The notes beneath the pieces were generated by a model. That model saw only the letters and a program-made list of their open reading frames with translations, did no database searches and was not told where the DNA came from. DNA of 64,000 nt from an uncultured Gemmatimonadaceae bacterium (GTDB taxonomy: Bacteria; Gemmatimonadota; Gemmatimonadetes; Gemmatimonadales; Gemmatimonadaceae): contig CAVXGK010000001.1 of assembly GCA_963761305.1 (NCBI GenBank), positions 832,001-896,000 on the forward strand, written 5' to 3'. Each line of letters starts with the position of its first letter. Positions within the stretch are counted from its first letter, which is position 1. Both the position numbers and the translations under genes were made by a program. This document shows, in pieces, positions 52,697-63,333 of this stretch.

Positions 52697-54319
52697 TTGA
52701 GCAAGAAGCAGAAGCTGGAGTTGACGTGGGTCGGGAAGGATCAGCGACCGAATCTCGAGCTGAGGATTCTCATTGAGGATCCGACGTTTGTCATATCATG
52801 CGCCGCATCGTTCGAAGAGTGACCAGTTTTAACCGGCTTGTCTTCGGAGACAATCTTCTCGGCCTCAAAGCGCTCGAACACGAATTGGCTGGTCGCGTCA
52901 AATGCGTGTTCATTGATCCTCCGTATAACACGGGTAGCGCGTTCGAACACTACGATGATGGCGTCGAGCATTCGCTCTGGCTATCAATGATGAGTGATCG
53001 ACTAGAGCTGCTGCGCTATGATACTCTCAGAAGATGGCTCGATCTGGATCACACTCGACGACAACGATGCATGCACTACTGCAAGGTGCTTTGCGACGAG
53101 ATTTTTGGGAGCTCGAACTTTGTAGCTAACGTGATTTGGCAGAAGCTCCACGCGCGAAACAACTCGGCGCAATACCTCTCCGTCGATCACGACAACATTC
53201 TGGTATATGCGAAGGACTTGACATCGTGGGTCCGTAACAAGATCGGTAGAACGGAAGCGAGCGATGCAGACTTCTGGAATCCGGATAATGACCCTCGCGG
53301 ACAGTGGCGACGCTCGCATCTCACCGCGGCAAAGCCATACGCGGATGGCAAGTTCGAGGTAATCGGTCCACACGGCGACACTTTTCGACCGCGCGACAAC
53401 CGCTGGTGGAGCATCTCAATCGAGACATTCCGCGACTTGCAGGCTGATGATCGCGTCTGGTGGGGAAAGACCGGTCGGACCTTTCCTTTTCGCAAGCGTT
53501 TTCACTCGGAACTTGGTCAGCTTGTGCCGACAACTTTTTGGTCCAATGAGGACGTCGGCAACAACCGAGAAGCGAAACAAGAAAGCGCGAGCATCTTCGG
53601 CCGAGATAAGATCTTTTCGACGCCGAAACCGGAGCGTCTTCTCAACCGGATCATTCACATCGCCACAAACCCGGGCGACCTCGTTCTCGACTCCTTCGCC
53701 GGCTCCGGCACCACGGGCGCCGTCGCCCACAAGATGGGCCGCCGCTGGATCATGATCGAAATGGGCGAACACTGCCACACGCACATCATCCCGCGCCTGA
53801 AGAAAGTGATCGACGGCCAGGACCCAGGCGGCATCACCGAAGCCGTCGCGTGGAAGGGCGGCGGCGGCTTCCGCTACTACAATCTCGCCCCGTCGCTCAT
53901 CGACCAAGGACGCCTGGGGCAACTGGATCATCAACAAGGAGTACAACGCCGACGATGCTCGCCGAAGCCCTCTGCAAGCTCGAAGGGCTTCACCTACGCG
54001 CCGAGCGACACCGATCTACTGGCAGCAGGGCTGCTCCACCGAGCGCGACTTCCTCTACGTCACCACCGCCAACCTCGGCGCCGCCCAGCTCCACCAACTG
54101 AGCGACGACGTCGGCACGAGCCGCACGCTGCTCGTCCTCTGCACCGCCTTCCGCGGCGATACGGCCGAATTCTCAAACCTAACCGTCAGAAAGATCCCCA
54201 AGCACGTGCTCGACCGGTGTGAGTGGGGCCGCGACGACTACAGCCTAGCCGTCGCCAACCTCCCGCCCGCCCCGCCACCGCCGGGTCAGCAGGACCTCTT
54301 CGTCGAGGAACGGGCGTGA
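52697..54319 (+). pseudogene. mod: Type III-like DNA amino-methyltransferase (Mod, beta class), several frameshifts as read
   Basis: KQKLELTWVGK, GDNL, IDPPY, TPKPERL, LDSFAGSGTT, WKGGGGF, EWGRDDYSL. Confidence 0.88.
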
Positions 54320-55365
54320 CCGACGCCGAGTCTCCGCCGCCCGGCACGGAGATCGTCCTCTACCGAACGGAGCGTGGAATCCGGATCGACGTCCGGCTCG
54401 ACGACGGCACCGTCTGGATCACCCAGGCCCAGATGGCCGAACTCTTCCAGACGACGCTGCAGAACGTAAACGCCCACCTCCTGGCCATTTACGACGAGCA
54501 GGAGCTTCCGGAAGAGGCAACTATCAAGTCCTACTTGATAGTTCGAACCGAAGGAAAACGGCGTGTAACCCGCTCGGTCCGGCATTACAACCTCGAGGCC
54601 ATTCTCGCGGTGGGCTATCGCGTACGATCGGCGCGAGGCACACAGTTCCGCCAGTGGGCGACGGCGCGGCTCCGGGAATACCTCGAGAAGGGCTTTGTCC
54701 TCGACGACGAACGGCTCCGAAATCCGCCCGCAGCCGGCGTTCCCGACTACTTCGACGAGCTCCTCGAGCGGATTCGCGACATCCGCGCGAGCGAGCGCCG
54801 CATGTATCTGCGCGTCCGCGACATCCTCGCACTCGCGGCAGACTACGATCCCTCCGTACCGGAGACACAGCGCTTCTTCCAGACCGTTCAGAACAAGCTC
54901 CACTTCTCCGTCACTGGCAAGACGGCTCCGGAACTGATCGCCGCGCGCGCCGACCACGTGCTTCCCAACATGGGTCTGACGACATGGAAAGGGGACGCCG
55001 TGCGAAAGAGCGACGTCACCGTCGCCAAGAACTACTTGAACGAGGACGAGATCAGAGAACTCAATCTCATTGTCGTAATGTTCCTCGACTTCGCGGAGGA
55101 CCAGGCTCGGCGCCGAAAACACGTCTTCATGCAAGACTGGTCGGCTCGGCTCGACGACTTCCTGCGCTTCAACGAGCGCCGCGTGCTCGACAACTCCGGC
55201 ACGGTCTCGCGCGAAGACGCTGGGCGCCGCGCGCACGACGAGTACGGCAAGTTCCAGGAGCGACGGCGTATCCAGGCGGACGAAGAAGCGGAGCGCCGGC
55301 ATCTCGAGGAGATCCGGCGCACGATTCAATCGCTGCCGCGATCGGCCACCGGGAAAAGCGAATGA
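54316..55365 (+). CDS. Virulence RhuM-family DNA-binding protein
   Basis: VWITQAQMAELF, YNLEAILAVGYRVRSARGTQFRQWAT, RDIRASERR, QNKLHF, AKNYL; GTGA and ATGA overlaps. Confidence 0.92.
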   Translation: MTDAESPPPGTEIVLYRTERGIRIDVRLDDGTVWITQAQMAELFQTTLQNVNAHLLAIYDEQELPEEATIKSYLIVRTEGKRRVTRSVRHYNLEAILAVGYRVRSARGTQFRQWATARLREYLEKGFVLDDERLRNPPAAGVPDYFDELLERIRDIRASERRMYLRVRDILALAADYDPSVPETQRFFQTVQNKLHFSVTGKTAPELIAARADHVLPNMGLTTWKGDAVRKSDVTVAKNYLNEDEIRELNLIVVMFLDFAEDQARRRKHVFMQDWSARLDDFLRFNERRVLDNSGTVSREDAGRRAHDEYGKFQERRRIQADEEAERRHLEEIRRTIQSLPRSATGKSE

Positions 55366-58055
55366 ACCGCTACGTCAACGCGATCGCCGGCAGGTTGAGT
55401 CTTCGCGAGCCGCAACGAAAATCGCTCGAGATTCTGGACCACGTCGTGGAGATCGTGCCTGCCTCGAAGTCGGCTGATGTCACGGCGGCCCTGCGCACGA
55501 TCCAATCGGAGTTCCCGACGGTCACGGACTTCGAGCGCGACTTTCCTTCGCTGTGCTTCGCGCTCGCCACCGGTGTCGGCAAGACCCGACTCATGGGCGC
55601 GTTCATCACCTATCTACATCTGGCGCACGGGCATCGACAACTTCTTCGTTCTGGCGCCGAACCTCACGATCTACAACAAGCTGATCGCCGACTTCACGCC
55701 GAACACGCCGAAGTACGTGTTCAAGGGCATCGCTGAGTTCGCGACACATCCGCCGGAGATCATCACCGGCGACAACTACGAGGCGGCGCGCGGCGACGCT
55801 CTTCGATCAGATGCGTGCGCTGCAAGGTCAACATCTTCAACATCTCGAAGATCAACAGCGAGGTCCGCGGCGGCAAGGTCTCCGCGCATCAAGCGGCTGT
55901 CCGAGTACATCGGCGAGAGCTACTTCGAGTACCTGGCCGAACTTGACGGACCTGGTGCTGCTCATGGACGAGTCGCATCGCTATCGGGCGTCGGCCGGCG
56001 TGCGGGCGATCAACGAGTTGAAGCCGATCCTGGGCCTGGAACTGACGGCTACCCCGCAGGTCGAGGACGCGCAGCGGCGCAGTGCCATTCAAGAACGTGA
56101 TCTACAGCTATCCGCTCGCGCAAGGCCATGACGGATGGCTTCGTGAAAGAACCGGCGGTCGCCACGCGCAAGAATTTCGACGCCGCGGGCATACCGGACG
56201 ACGCGCTGGAGCGGCTCAAGCTCGAGGATGGCGTCCGCCTGCACGAGAGCGTCAAGGTCGAGCTGGAGATGTACGCCCGCGAGACAGAGCGCCGCGGTCG
56301 TGAAACCGTTCATGCTGGTGATCGCGAAGGACACGACGCACGCGGCCCAGTCTGGTCGCAACTGATCGAGTCCGATGCCTTCTTCGAGGGCCGGTATCAA
56401 GGACCAGCGTCATCGAGGTCCACTCGAGTCAGCACGGGCGACGAAGAGGACGACGATGATCGAGCAGCTGCTCACGGTCGAGGACGCCGACGAACCGACC
56501 GAGATCGTCATCCACGTCAACATGCTGAAGGAAGGCTGGGACGTCACCAACCTCTACACGATCGTCCCGCTGCGGCGCTGCCAACGCGCGCACGCTCGTC
56601 GAGCAGTCGATCGGCCGCGGACTGCGACTGCCCTACGGCAAGCGCACCGGCGTGGCGGCGGTGGACCGGCTCAACATCGTCGCGCACGATCGGTTTCAGG
56701 AGATCATCGACGAAGCAAACCGCCCGGACTCGCAGGTGCGGATGGCGACGGTTCTACTCGACGTGAGCCAACTTGCGGAACGAACGGAGAGCGTCGCGGC
56801 GCCGAGTCGCCTGGACATCGCTTTGGGCGCCGCGCCCGGGCCGTCGCTTGCCGGCGCGTTCGTCGTCGCGCCGGAACTCGTGTTCTCCAATCCGGAAGAG
56901 CAGCGCGTCGCCACAATCGCTAGCGCGGTTATTGAACGGCTCGCCTCGAATGCAACGGTTCTCCCGACATCCCGATATCTGTCGCAGCCGGAGGTTCAAG
57001 CCGAAATCGCGCGCGCGGTGCAAGCGGAGTATGAGCCCGCGCAGACGGAGCTTGCCATCGACGTTCGGTATCCCGACATCGCGGCGGTCGTGGCGAAAAC
57101 GGCTGCAGTCATCGAGAAGGAGACGATCGATATCCCGCGCATCCTCGTGGTGCCCAGAGGCGACATTCGCGCGCACTTCGAGCCGTTTGCGCTCGATCTC
57201 TCAGCGCTGCGCTACGCTCCGGTGTCGGAGGACCTCTATATCCAACACCTGCGGACCGGCAGGGTCGACGAACTAGCCGTGAGCGGCGGAGGCATCGAGG
57301 AGCAGAGTCTCGAGGCCTACGTCGTAGGCGGCCTGGTCGCGTTCGACGACGTGTCCTACGACGACAACGCGGAGCTTCTCTACGATCTCGCTGGGCAGGT
57401 CGTGAGTCATCTTCGCAGCTATTTGTCGGAGGAAGATACCCGTCGGGTGCTCCGCTATCACCAGCGCGAGATCGCACGATTCGTCCACGCCCAGATGCAG
57501 CCGCACTTTCACGAAGATGCCGCGAGCGGGTACGAGGTCGTGGTAAGCCGGGGCATCACACCGCTCAAGCCGAGCGCGTACACGGCGACGGTGTCGGCCG
57601 GAGTGCGCGACTATCGTTTCTCGCCGGACGACAAGGCCAACATCGCGAAGTACTTGTTCGGCGGGTTCACGAAGTGTCTCTACGACGTTCAGAAGTTCCA
57701 GTCCGACCCTGAGCGCGTGATGGCGTCTATCCTGGAACGCGACGCCCGGAAGTGGATGCGCCCGGCGAAGGGTCAATTCCAGATGTACTATCACTCGGGG
57801 GCGAACCACGCCGAGTACCAACCCGACTTCGTGGCCGAAACGGACGACTCGGTGCTTATGATCGAAGTGAAGGCGAGGGCCGACCTCGGCGACGCCGATG
57901 TGATCGCGAAGGGCGAAGCCGGGCGCGAATGGTGTGAACGGGCGACTGGGTTCGTGACCCGGCACAGCGGCAAGCCGTGGGAGTACGTGCTCATCCCGCA
58001 CGACGCCGTGTTGCTCAACTCGTCGCTCGCAAGCTTGGCGCAGCGCTTTGGCTAG
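55362..58055 (+). pseudogene. res: Type III-like restriction helicase-endonuclease (Res), multiple frameshifts in 55630-56580
   Basis: RLSLREPQ, LATGVGKT, MDESHRY, LTATP, MLKEGWDV, EQSIGRGLRLPYG; C-terminal PD-(D/E)xK YQPDFVAE..IEVK. Confidence 0.88.
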
Positions 58056-59843
58056 TAGCGAGCAGGTTCTGTCGCCGCGACAGGCGCAATGGTCGATCGA
58101 TGACCACTCGCTAGAGCGATTTGTCCGGGCCCTCTCACAGCCGGCGTCCTCCGACGAGTGGTTTCGCGTCCGGCGCTCTGCCGAAGAGTTGGCGCTATTA
58201 CCAGGATTCGACACGCTGATCGCACTCGACCACAATCGCATCGAAGAGTTGCCGCATCAGATCGACGTCGCCATGCGGGTGCTACGCCACATGGGCGGCC
58301 GTGCCCTGCTCGCCGACGAGGTTGGCCTTGGGAAGACGATCGAGGCTGGCCTCATTCTCAAAGAGTTGGCCGTGCGCGGCCTCGCGCGCCGCATCCTGAT
58401 CCTCACGCCCGCCGCGCTAGTCGATCAGTGGTGCGGCGAGCTCGAATCGAAGTTCTTCGAGGAGTTCGAGACGCCGCACGATCCCGACGATTGGCGGCGC
58501 GCGAATCGGGCGATCGCCTCCTACAACCTTGCCGTGCAGAAACGGCAGCAGGAGGCGATTCTCGCGGAGCCGTGGGATCTCGTGATCCTCGACGAAGCTC
58601 ACAAGGTCAAGAACGCTCAGGCGGCCACTTACAAGTTCATCTCGCAGATCCGCCGCAACTACATCCTGCTGCTCACGGCCACTCCGCTCCAGAACGACCT
58701 CCGAGAGCTCTACAACCTGGTCACGCTGCTGCGCCCGGGCCAGCTCGGAACGTGGAAGAACTTTTCTGTCAAGTATCTCGTTCGTGGCGATCGGCGGCGC
58801 GTGAAGAATCCGGCTTTGCTCAAGGACCTCACGTCGCAAGTGATGGTTCGCACTCGGCGGTCCAGCGTGGCACACACGCTGGCGCTCCCGAAACGGCTGC
58901 CACGACATCCGCAAGTCGATCTGACGCTGGAAGAACGGACGCTGTACGATGCGACGGTGGGGCTGCTGCGCGATCTCTACGCCCGAGGCTTCATCCAGAT
59001 CACGCGCGCGGAGGCCGAGGAGGACGCCCGGCGGCGCAATCGACGCACGGGCAAAGGCATCATGAGCCTGGAGATCATCCGCCTGTGCCAACGCCTCTGT
59101 TCGTCCTCGGCCGCGTTGAGCGACTCGCTGCACCACCTCGCTCAGGGTGAGCTCGTCTCGCCGCAGTATCGCACGAAGTCGCTGGAATTGGCGGCGAAGG
59201 CCAGGGCGACACGGGAGCATGGAAAGATCCGTGCGCTCCAACGCGTCCTCGAGGAACATCGTGAACACGTCATCGTGTTCTCGGAGCACCTGCCGACGCT
59301 CCATGTAATCCGCGAACATGTGATGCAGCACGGGCGCCAGCCCATCGTCTACAAGGGAGGATTGTCGCGGGCCGAGCGCGCGAAGCAGCTCAAGCTCTTC
59401 GAGCAATCAAGGAACGGTGTGCTCATTTCGACCGCGCGGGTACTGAAGGCTTGAACTTGCAGTTCTGCAACGTGCTCGTGAACTACGAGCTGCCATGGAA
59501 TCCGATGATCGTGGAGCAGCGCATCGGTCGTATTCACCGAATCGGCCAGAAACGCGACGCGCACATCATCAGCCTGGCGGCCGAGGGCACGATCGAGGCA
59601 CATGTGCTCACGCTGCTCGACAAGAAGATCAAATTGTTCGAGCTCGTCGTCGGTGAGCTTGACGTGATACTCGGCGATTTCGGCGGCGCGGAAACCATGG
59701 AACAACGCGTCACCGCCGAGTTCCTGAAGGCCAATAGTGAGCGCGAGCTCTCGACGGCGTCGATGCGATCGGCGATGACATCGCCCGCAGTCGGTCGCGG
59801 GTCTCGACCAAGAACGCCTCAACTCGGACGTGAGCGGCGATGA
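58048..59843 (+). CDS. Second SNF2/RapA-like helicase (YqhH-like), frameshift near 59433; C-terminus may extend to 60156
   Basis: [26 protein letters not shown], then [28 protein letters not shown] in the next frame. Start overlaps the res stop. Confidence 0.88.
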
Positions 59844-60156
59844 CAACGCGATGCGCCTCGAGCGGGAGTTCGCGCATCTGCCGATACCGGCTCGCGTCCG
59901 GCTCGGCTTCGGTACGAAACACCTGGACATCGTCGAAGGAATTCGCGCGAGACAGGAGACGCTGGTCATCGCCGCCGCGGAGATCCTCGAGGCACTCGAG
60001 GGCGCGGATGTTCGCGGGTCGCGGCAGTCCAGAGAGTATGGCTCGCTGGTTTGGATCCACGGCGTGACGAGGCGCGGACGCGGGATCGACTTTGAGGTTC
60101 GGGCGGATCGGTTGCCCATGCTGCTCGTCACGCTCAACGCGGCCCCCGCGGGATGA
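59830..60156 (+). CDS. Short hypothetical ORF, or frameshift-separated C-terminal domain of the second SNF2
   Basis: 108-aa ORF with normal codon usage; frame open from about 59779; stop overlaps the next ATG (ATGA). Confidence 0.55.
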   Translation: MSGDDNAMRLEREFAHLPIPARVRLGFGTKHLDIVEGIRARQETLVIAAAEILEALEGADVRGSRQSREYGSLVWIHGVTRRGRGIDFEVRADRLPMLLVTLNAAPAG

Positions 60157-62264
60157 CCGCGCCGACCTCGCAGATTCGCCAGATCGCCTCGGCGACCGAC
60201 CGTCGCATCCTGTCGCTTCTCGACGGATACGTGGCGCTCGCTGGCGGCAGCCTGACGCTGCTCGAGACTGATCTCTACCAGCTCAACGTTCCAAAGGGCG
60301 ACGAGGGACGATTCGGCGGGCGCTCGGTCGTGCGCCTGGCGTTCACCGTCGACGCGCTCGAGCTCGACGATCGCGCCGAGATGGCCATCGTCGGCGGCTC
60401 GTTCGTGAACGAATTGATCGACGCGATTCGCGGGCGCGGGTCGCGGCTTCTCGCCGGCTGGCTGGTTCCCCAGGCGGCGAGATCCGACGCCAAGACGCGC
60501 CTGCCGGTGCCGGTGAGGAATGGCGCCGTCTCGGAGGCGCAGTCGTCGCTGGCGCGACATCGCGTGGGTCGTCTCACGGCGCGCGTGGCTATTCGCGCGG
60601 GGACCGAGCTCAAAGAGCGGCTCGAGGATTCGAGTCTCTACGATCTGTGCAGTGGCATCGCGCTGCCTCGAGACGTCGCGGCCGCCTGCCCGTCGGCCCC
60701 GCCTCCGGAGGCGGTGACCGAGTACTGGCGGTCGATGGAGTCGGCACCGACCCAGAGGATGTCGGCTCTCGTCGAGAAGATGCTCGGCGATCTCGACGCG
60801 AGGCTGCGCTCGGAAATCGAAGAGGTGGCACGCGGCGCCGAGCGCTCGCTCGCGGAGGAGGTACAGCGAATCGACCGGTACTACACGGCGATGCTTCATG
60901 ACACTGGAGATGCGGACTCACAGCGCGCGATCGTGGCGGAGCATCGCCGCCGCGCGGAGGAAGAGCGGGACCGCCACGCGGTTCGCGCCGTCGTCCACCC
61001 GGTGCAGTTGACCGAGTGGGAGATGATCGCGGAGCGCGCGACTTGGAAGCTCAACACACGGACCGGTCACGAAGCGTACTTCACGGCGCAGCGGCCGCTC
61101 GCCGGGGCTGCCGTCTGGGTATTCGGCTGCGAGACGTGCGGAACGTCGTCGCCTCGGGGGCTCCACGTCTGTCTCCGTGACCATGTCGCGTGCGACGCCT
61201 GTTCTGCCGCGTGCGCAGTCTGCGCGCAGCACTACTGTCGTGAGCACGGCATCACCGGATGCCACGTCGATGGCAAGCCGGCCTGCGACGAACACGCCAG
61301 GATGTGCTCAGTCTGCCGCCGCGCGCACTGTTCGGTTCACGAAGGCACCTGCTCAAACGGCGGCCACGCTGCCTGTTCAAGCTGCCTTGGATCGTGCGCC
61401 ATCTGCGGTCGCGTCGTGTGCAACACTCACGCCTTGGAGAGCCGCTCCGACGCGCCGAAAGGCGCGCGCCGGTTCTGCCAGACGTGCGCGGTCTCCTGTG
61501 AAGGCGGCGTCGCCGAGATCGTTGGCCCTGATGAAGTCACGGACTGCGCGAGCTGCGAGCGTGTCGTTTGTGAGCGCCATCGATCCATCTGCGCCGTTGA
61601 CAGAAAGGTGCATTGTTCGAGGCACCTGCGGCGAACCGATCGATCGCGCCGGCTCGTCTGTGAGCACGATCGGGTGGCGTGCTCGCACGAAGCGAACGCC
61701 GTTTTCGCGCGAGACGAGGTCGCCGCGTGTGCCACGTGCGGACGCATCAACTGCTATGAACATCTGGTGAAGTGCGTCGTCGATGGGCTGGGCCATTGCC
61801 CCATGCATCTAGCCGCCGTCAGCGACAAGCCCGGGGCGTTCGTTTGTGACCCGCACCGCTCGAACTGCCACGTAGACGGTCGGCCCTACACCATCGAGGG
61901 CACGAGCACGTGTCCCTCCTGCGGGCGCCTGGCGTGTGCGCAACACAACCGCGAATGTGAAAGCTGCCGGAGGACCATTTGCACGATGGATTTCTCGGCC
62001 GGACGTCCGAAGCGGTGCGCGACCTGCGAGAAGCTCGCGCCCGAGTCTGACGCTCCTCGCGAAATCATCGCGGCGGCGCGGGCCCTGCGCGGAGAAACTG
62101 CCTCGCGGCCGAAGGCGTGGAGGATGGCACGCGATGCCCGGCATCTGGTCGCGGAGATCGAGCTTGGCTGGACTCGCCGGCTCGTCTTCGCCGTCCCGCA
62201 CGGGCAGGCTCGGGCCGAGCGGGCAGTAGCTCACTCTGCGCTCGGCTCGCGCGTCGTGCGCTGA
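60153..62264 (+). CDS. YqhG-like N-terminal domain fused to ~20 tandem Cys/His zinc-binding repeats
   Basis: Intact 703-aa ORF; helical segment EEVQRIDRYY..EEERDRHAVRAVVHPV; 15-aa C-x2-(C/D)-x4-C-x2-H repeats at 61128-62027. Confidence 0.8.
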   Translation: MTAPTSQIRQIASATDRRILSLLDGYVALAGGSLTLLETDLYQLNVPKGDEGRFGGRSVVRLAFTVDALELDDRAEMAIVGGSFVNELIDAIRGRGSRLLAGWLVPQAARSDAKTRLPVPVRNGAVSEAQSSLARHRVGRLTARVAIRAGTELKERLEDSSLYDLCSGIALPRDVAAACPSAPPPEAVTEYWRSMESAPTQRMSALVEKMLGDLDARLRSEIEEVARGAERSLAEEVQRIDRYYTAMLHDTGDADSQRAIVAEHRRRAEEERDRHAVRAVVHPVQLTEWEMIAERATWKLNTRTGHEAYFTAQRPLAGAAVWVFGCETCGTSSPRGLHVCLRDHVACDACSAACAVCAQHYCREHGITGCHVDGKPACDEHARMCSVCRRAHCSVHEGTCSNGGHAACSSCLGSCAICGRVVCNTHALESRSDAPKGARRFCQTCAVSCEGGVAEIVGPDEVTDCASCERVVCERHRSICAVDRKVHCSRHLRRTDRSRRLVCEHDRVACSHEANAVFARDEVAACATCGRINCYEHLVKCVVDGLGHCPMHLAAVSDKPGAFVCDPHRSNCHVDGRPYTIEGTSTCPSCGRLACAQHNRECESCRRTICTMDFSAGRPKRCATCEKLAPESDAPREIIAAARALRGETASRPKAWRMARDARHLVAEIELGWTRRLVFAVPHGQARAERAVAHSALGSRVVR

Positions 62265-62315
62265 GTCAACCCGCCTGAGCCACTGTGGCGTTCGCCGCCT
62301 CTGAAATCTGGCGCG

Positions 62316-63299
62316 CTACGCGCCGGAGTTGATCATCTTCGCGGCCTCGCGCGCGAAGTACGTGATGATCACGTCCGCGCCGGCCCGCCGAATACCCAGG
62401 AGCGAGTCCATCATCACGCGCTCCCCGTCGATCCAGCCGCGCTGCGCGGCCGCCTGAATCATAGCGTACTCGCCGCTCACCTGAAACGCGGCGAGGGGAT
62501 AGCCGGTCTCGTGCTTCACGCGATGGATGACGTCGAGGAACGGACCCGCCGGCTTTACCATCACCATGTCCGCGCCTTCGTCGATGTCGAGACGGACCTC
62601 GCGGAGCGCTTCGTCGGAATTGCCGGAATCCATTTGATAGCCGCGCCGGTCGCCGAACTGCGGCGTCGACTCGGCCGCCTCGCGAAACGGCCCGTAGAAC
62701 GGCCCCGCGAACTTCGCGGCGTAGCTCAGGATGGGCGTGTCGCTGAAGCCGTCGGCGTCGAGCGCCGCGCGAATCACGCGCACGCGCCCGTCCATCATGT
62801 CGCTGGGCGCCACGATGTCGGCGCCGGCGCGCGCGTGCGACACCGACTCGCGCGCCAACAGCTCGAGCGTCGCGTCGTTGTCGACGACACCGTCGCGGAG
62901 CACGCCGCAGTGGCCGTGCTCCGTGTACTCGCACAGGCACACGTCGGTGATAACGACGAGGTCGGGCACGTCGCGCTTGAGCGCGCGCACTGCCTGCTGC
63001 ACCGGCGCGTCGTCATTCCAGGCTTCGGATCCGGTCGCGTCTTTGTGATCGGGAATCCCGAACAGAATCACCCCGCCGATCCCCGCATGCACCGCCAGCC
63101 GCGCATCGATCACCAGCTCGTCGACCGACGTCTGAAACACGCCCGGCATCGAGTCGATCGAGCGACGGACTTTGGTGCCGGATCGGACGAAGAGCGGCAG
63201 CACCAGCTGCGACGCGCGAAGCGACGTTTCGCGGATGAGACGGCGAAGCGGTTCGGTGCGACGCAGCCGGCGAGGACGGAAGGCAGGAAACTCAGGCAT
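62316..63299 (-). CDS. hemB: Porphobilinogen synthase (Zn-type)
   Basis: [47 protein letters not shown]. Confidence 0.97.
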   Translation of the reverse strand: MPEFPAFRPRRLRRTEPLRRLIRETSLRASQLVLPLFVRSGTKVRRSIDSMPGVFQTSVDELVIDARLAVHAGIGGVILFGIPDHKDATGSEAWNDDAPVQQAVRALKRDVPDLVVITDVCLCEYTEHGHCGVLRDGVVDNDATLELLARESVSHARAGADIVAPSDMMDGRVRVIRAALDADGFSDTPILSYAAKFAGPFYGPFREAAESTPQFGDRRGYQMDSGNSDEALREVRLDIDEGADMVMVKPAGPFLDVIHRVKHETGYPLAAFQVSGEYAMIQAAAQRGWIDGERVMMDSLLGIRRAGADVIITYFAREAAKMINSGA

Positions 63300-63333
63300 G
63301 GCGCCGAAAAGCTAACTCGGCAGCCGCCCGCCG

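Noticed and set aside
52697..54319. Phase-variable mod (phasevarion)
   Set aside because: No simple sequence repeat tract; the frameshifts are scattered single indels.
61128..62027. Multiheme cytochrome or polyferredoxin
   Set aside because: No CxxCH or CxxCxxCxxxCP motifs and no export signal.
49789..62264. DISARM, BREX or Zorya assignment
   Set aside because: No DUF1998, PLD, PglZ, BrxC or ZorAB genes were recognised; the core is Mod/Res-like.
49722..62315. Integrative element with att sites
   Set aside because: No integrase, transposase or tRNA, and no direct repeat visible between the two short flanking spacers.
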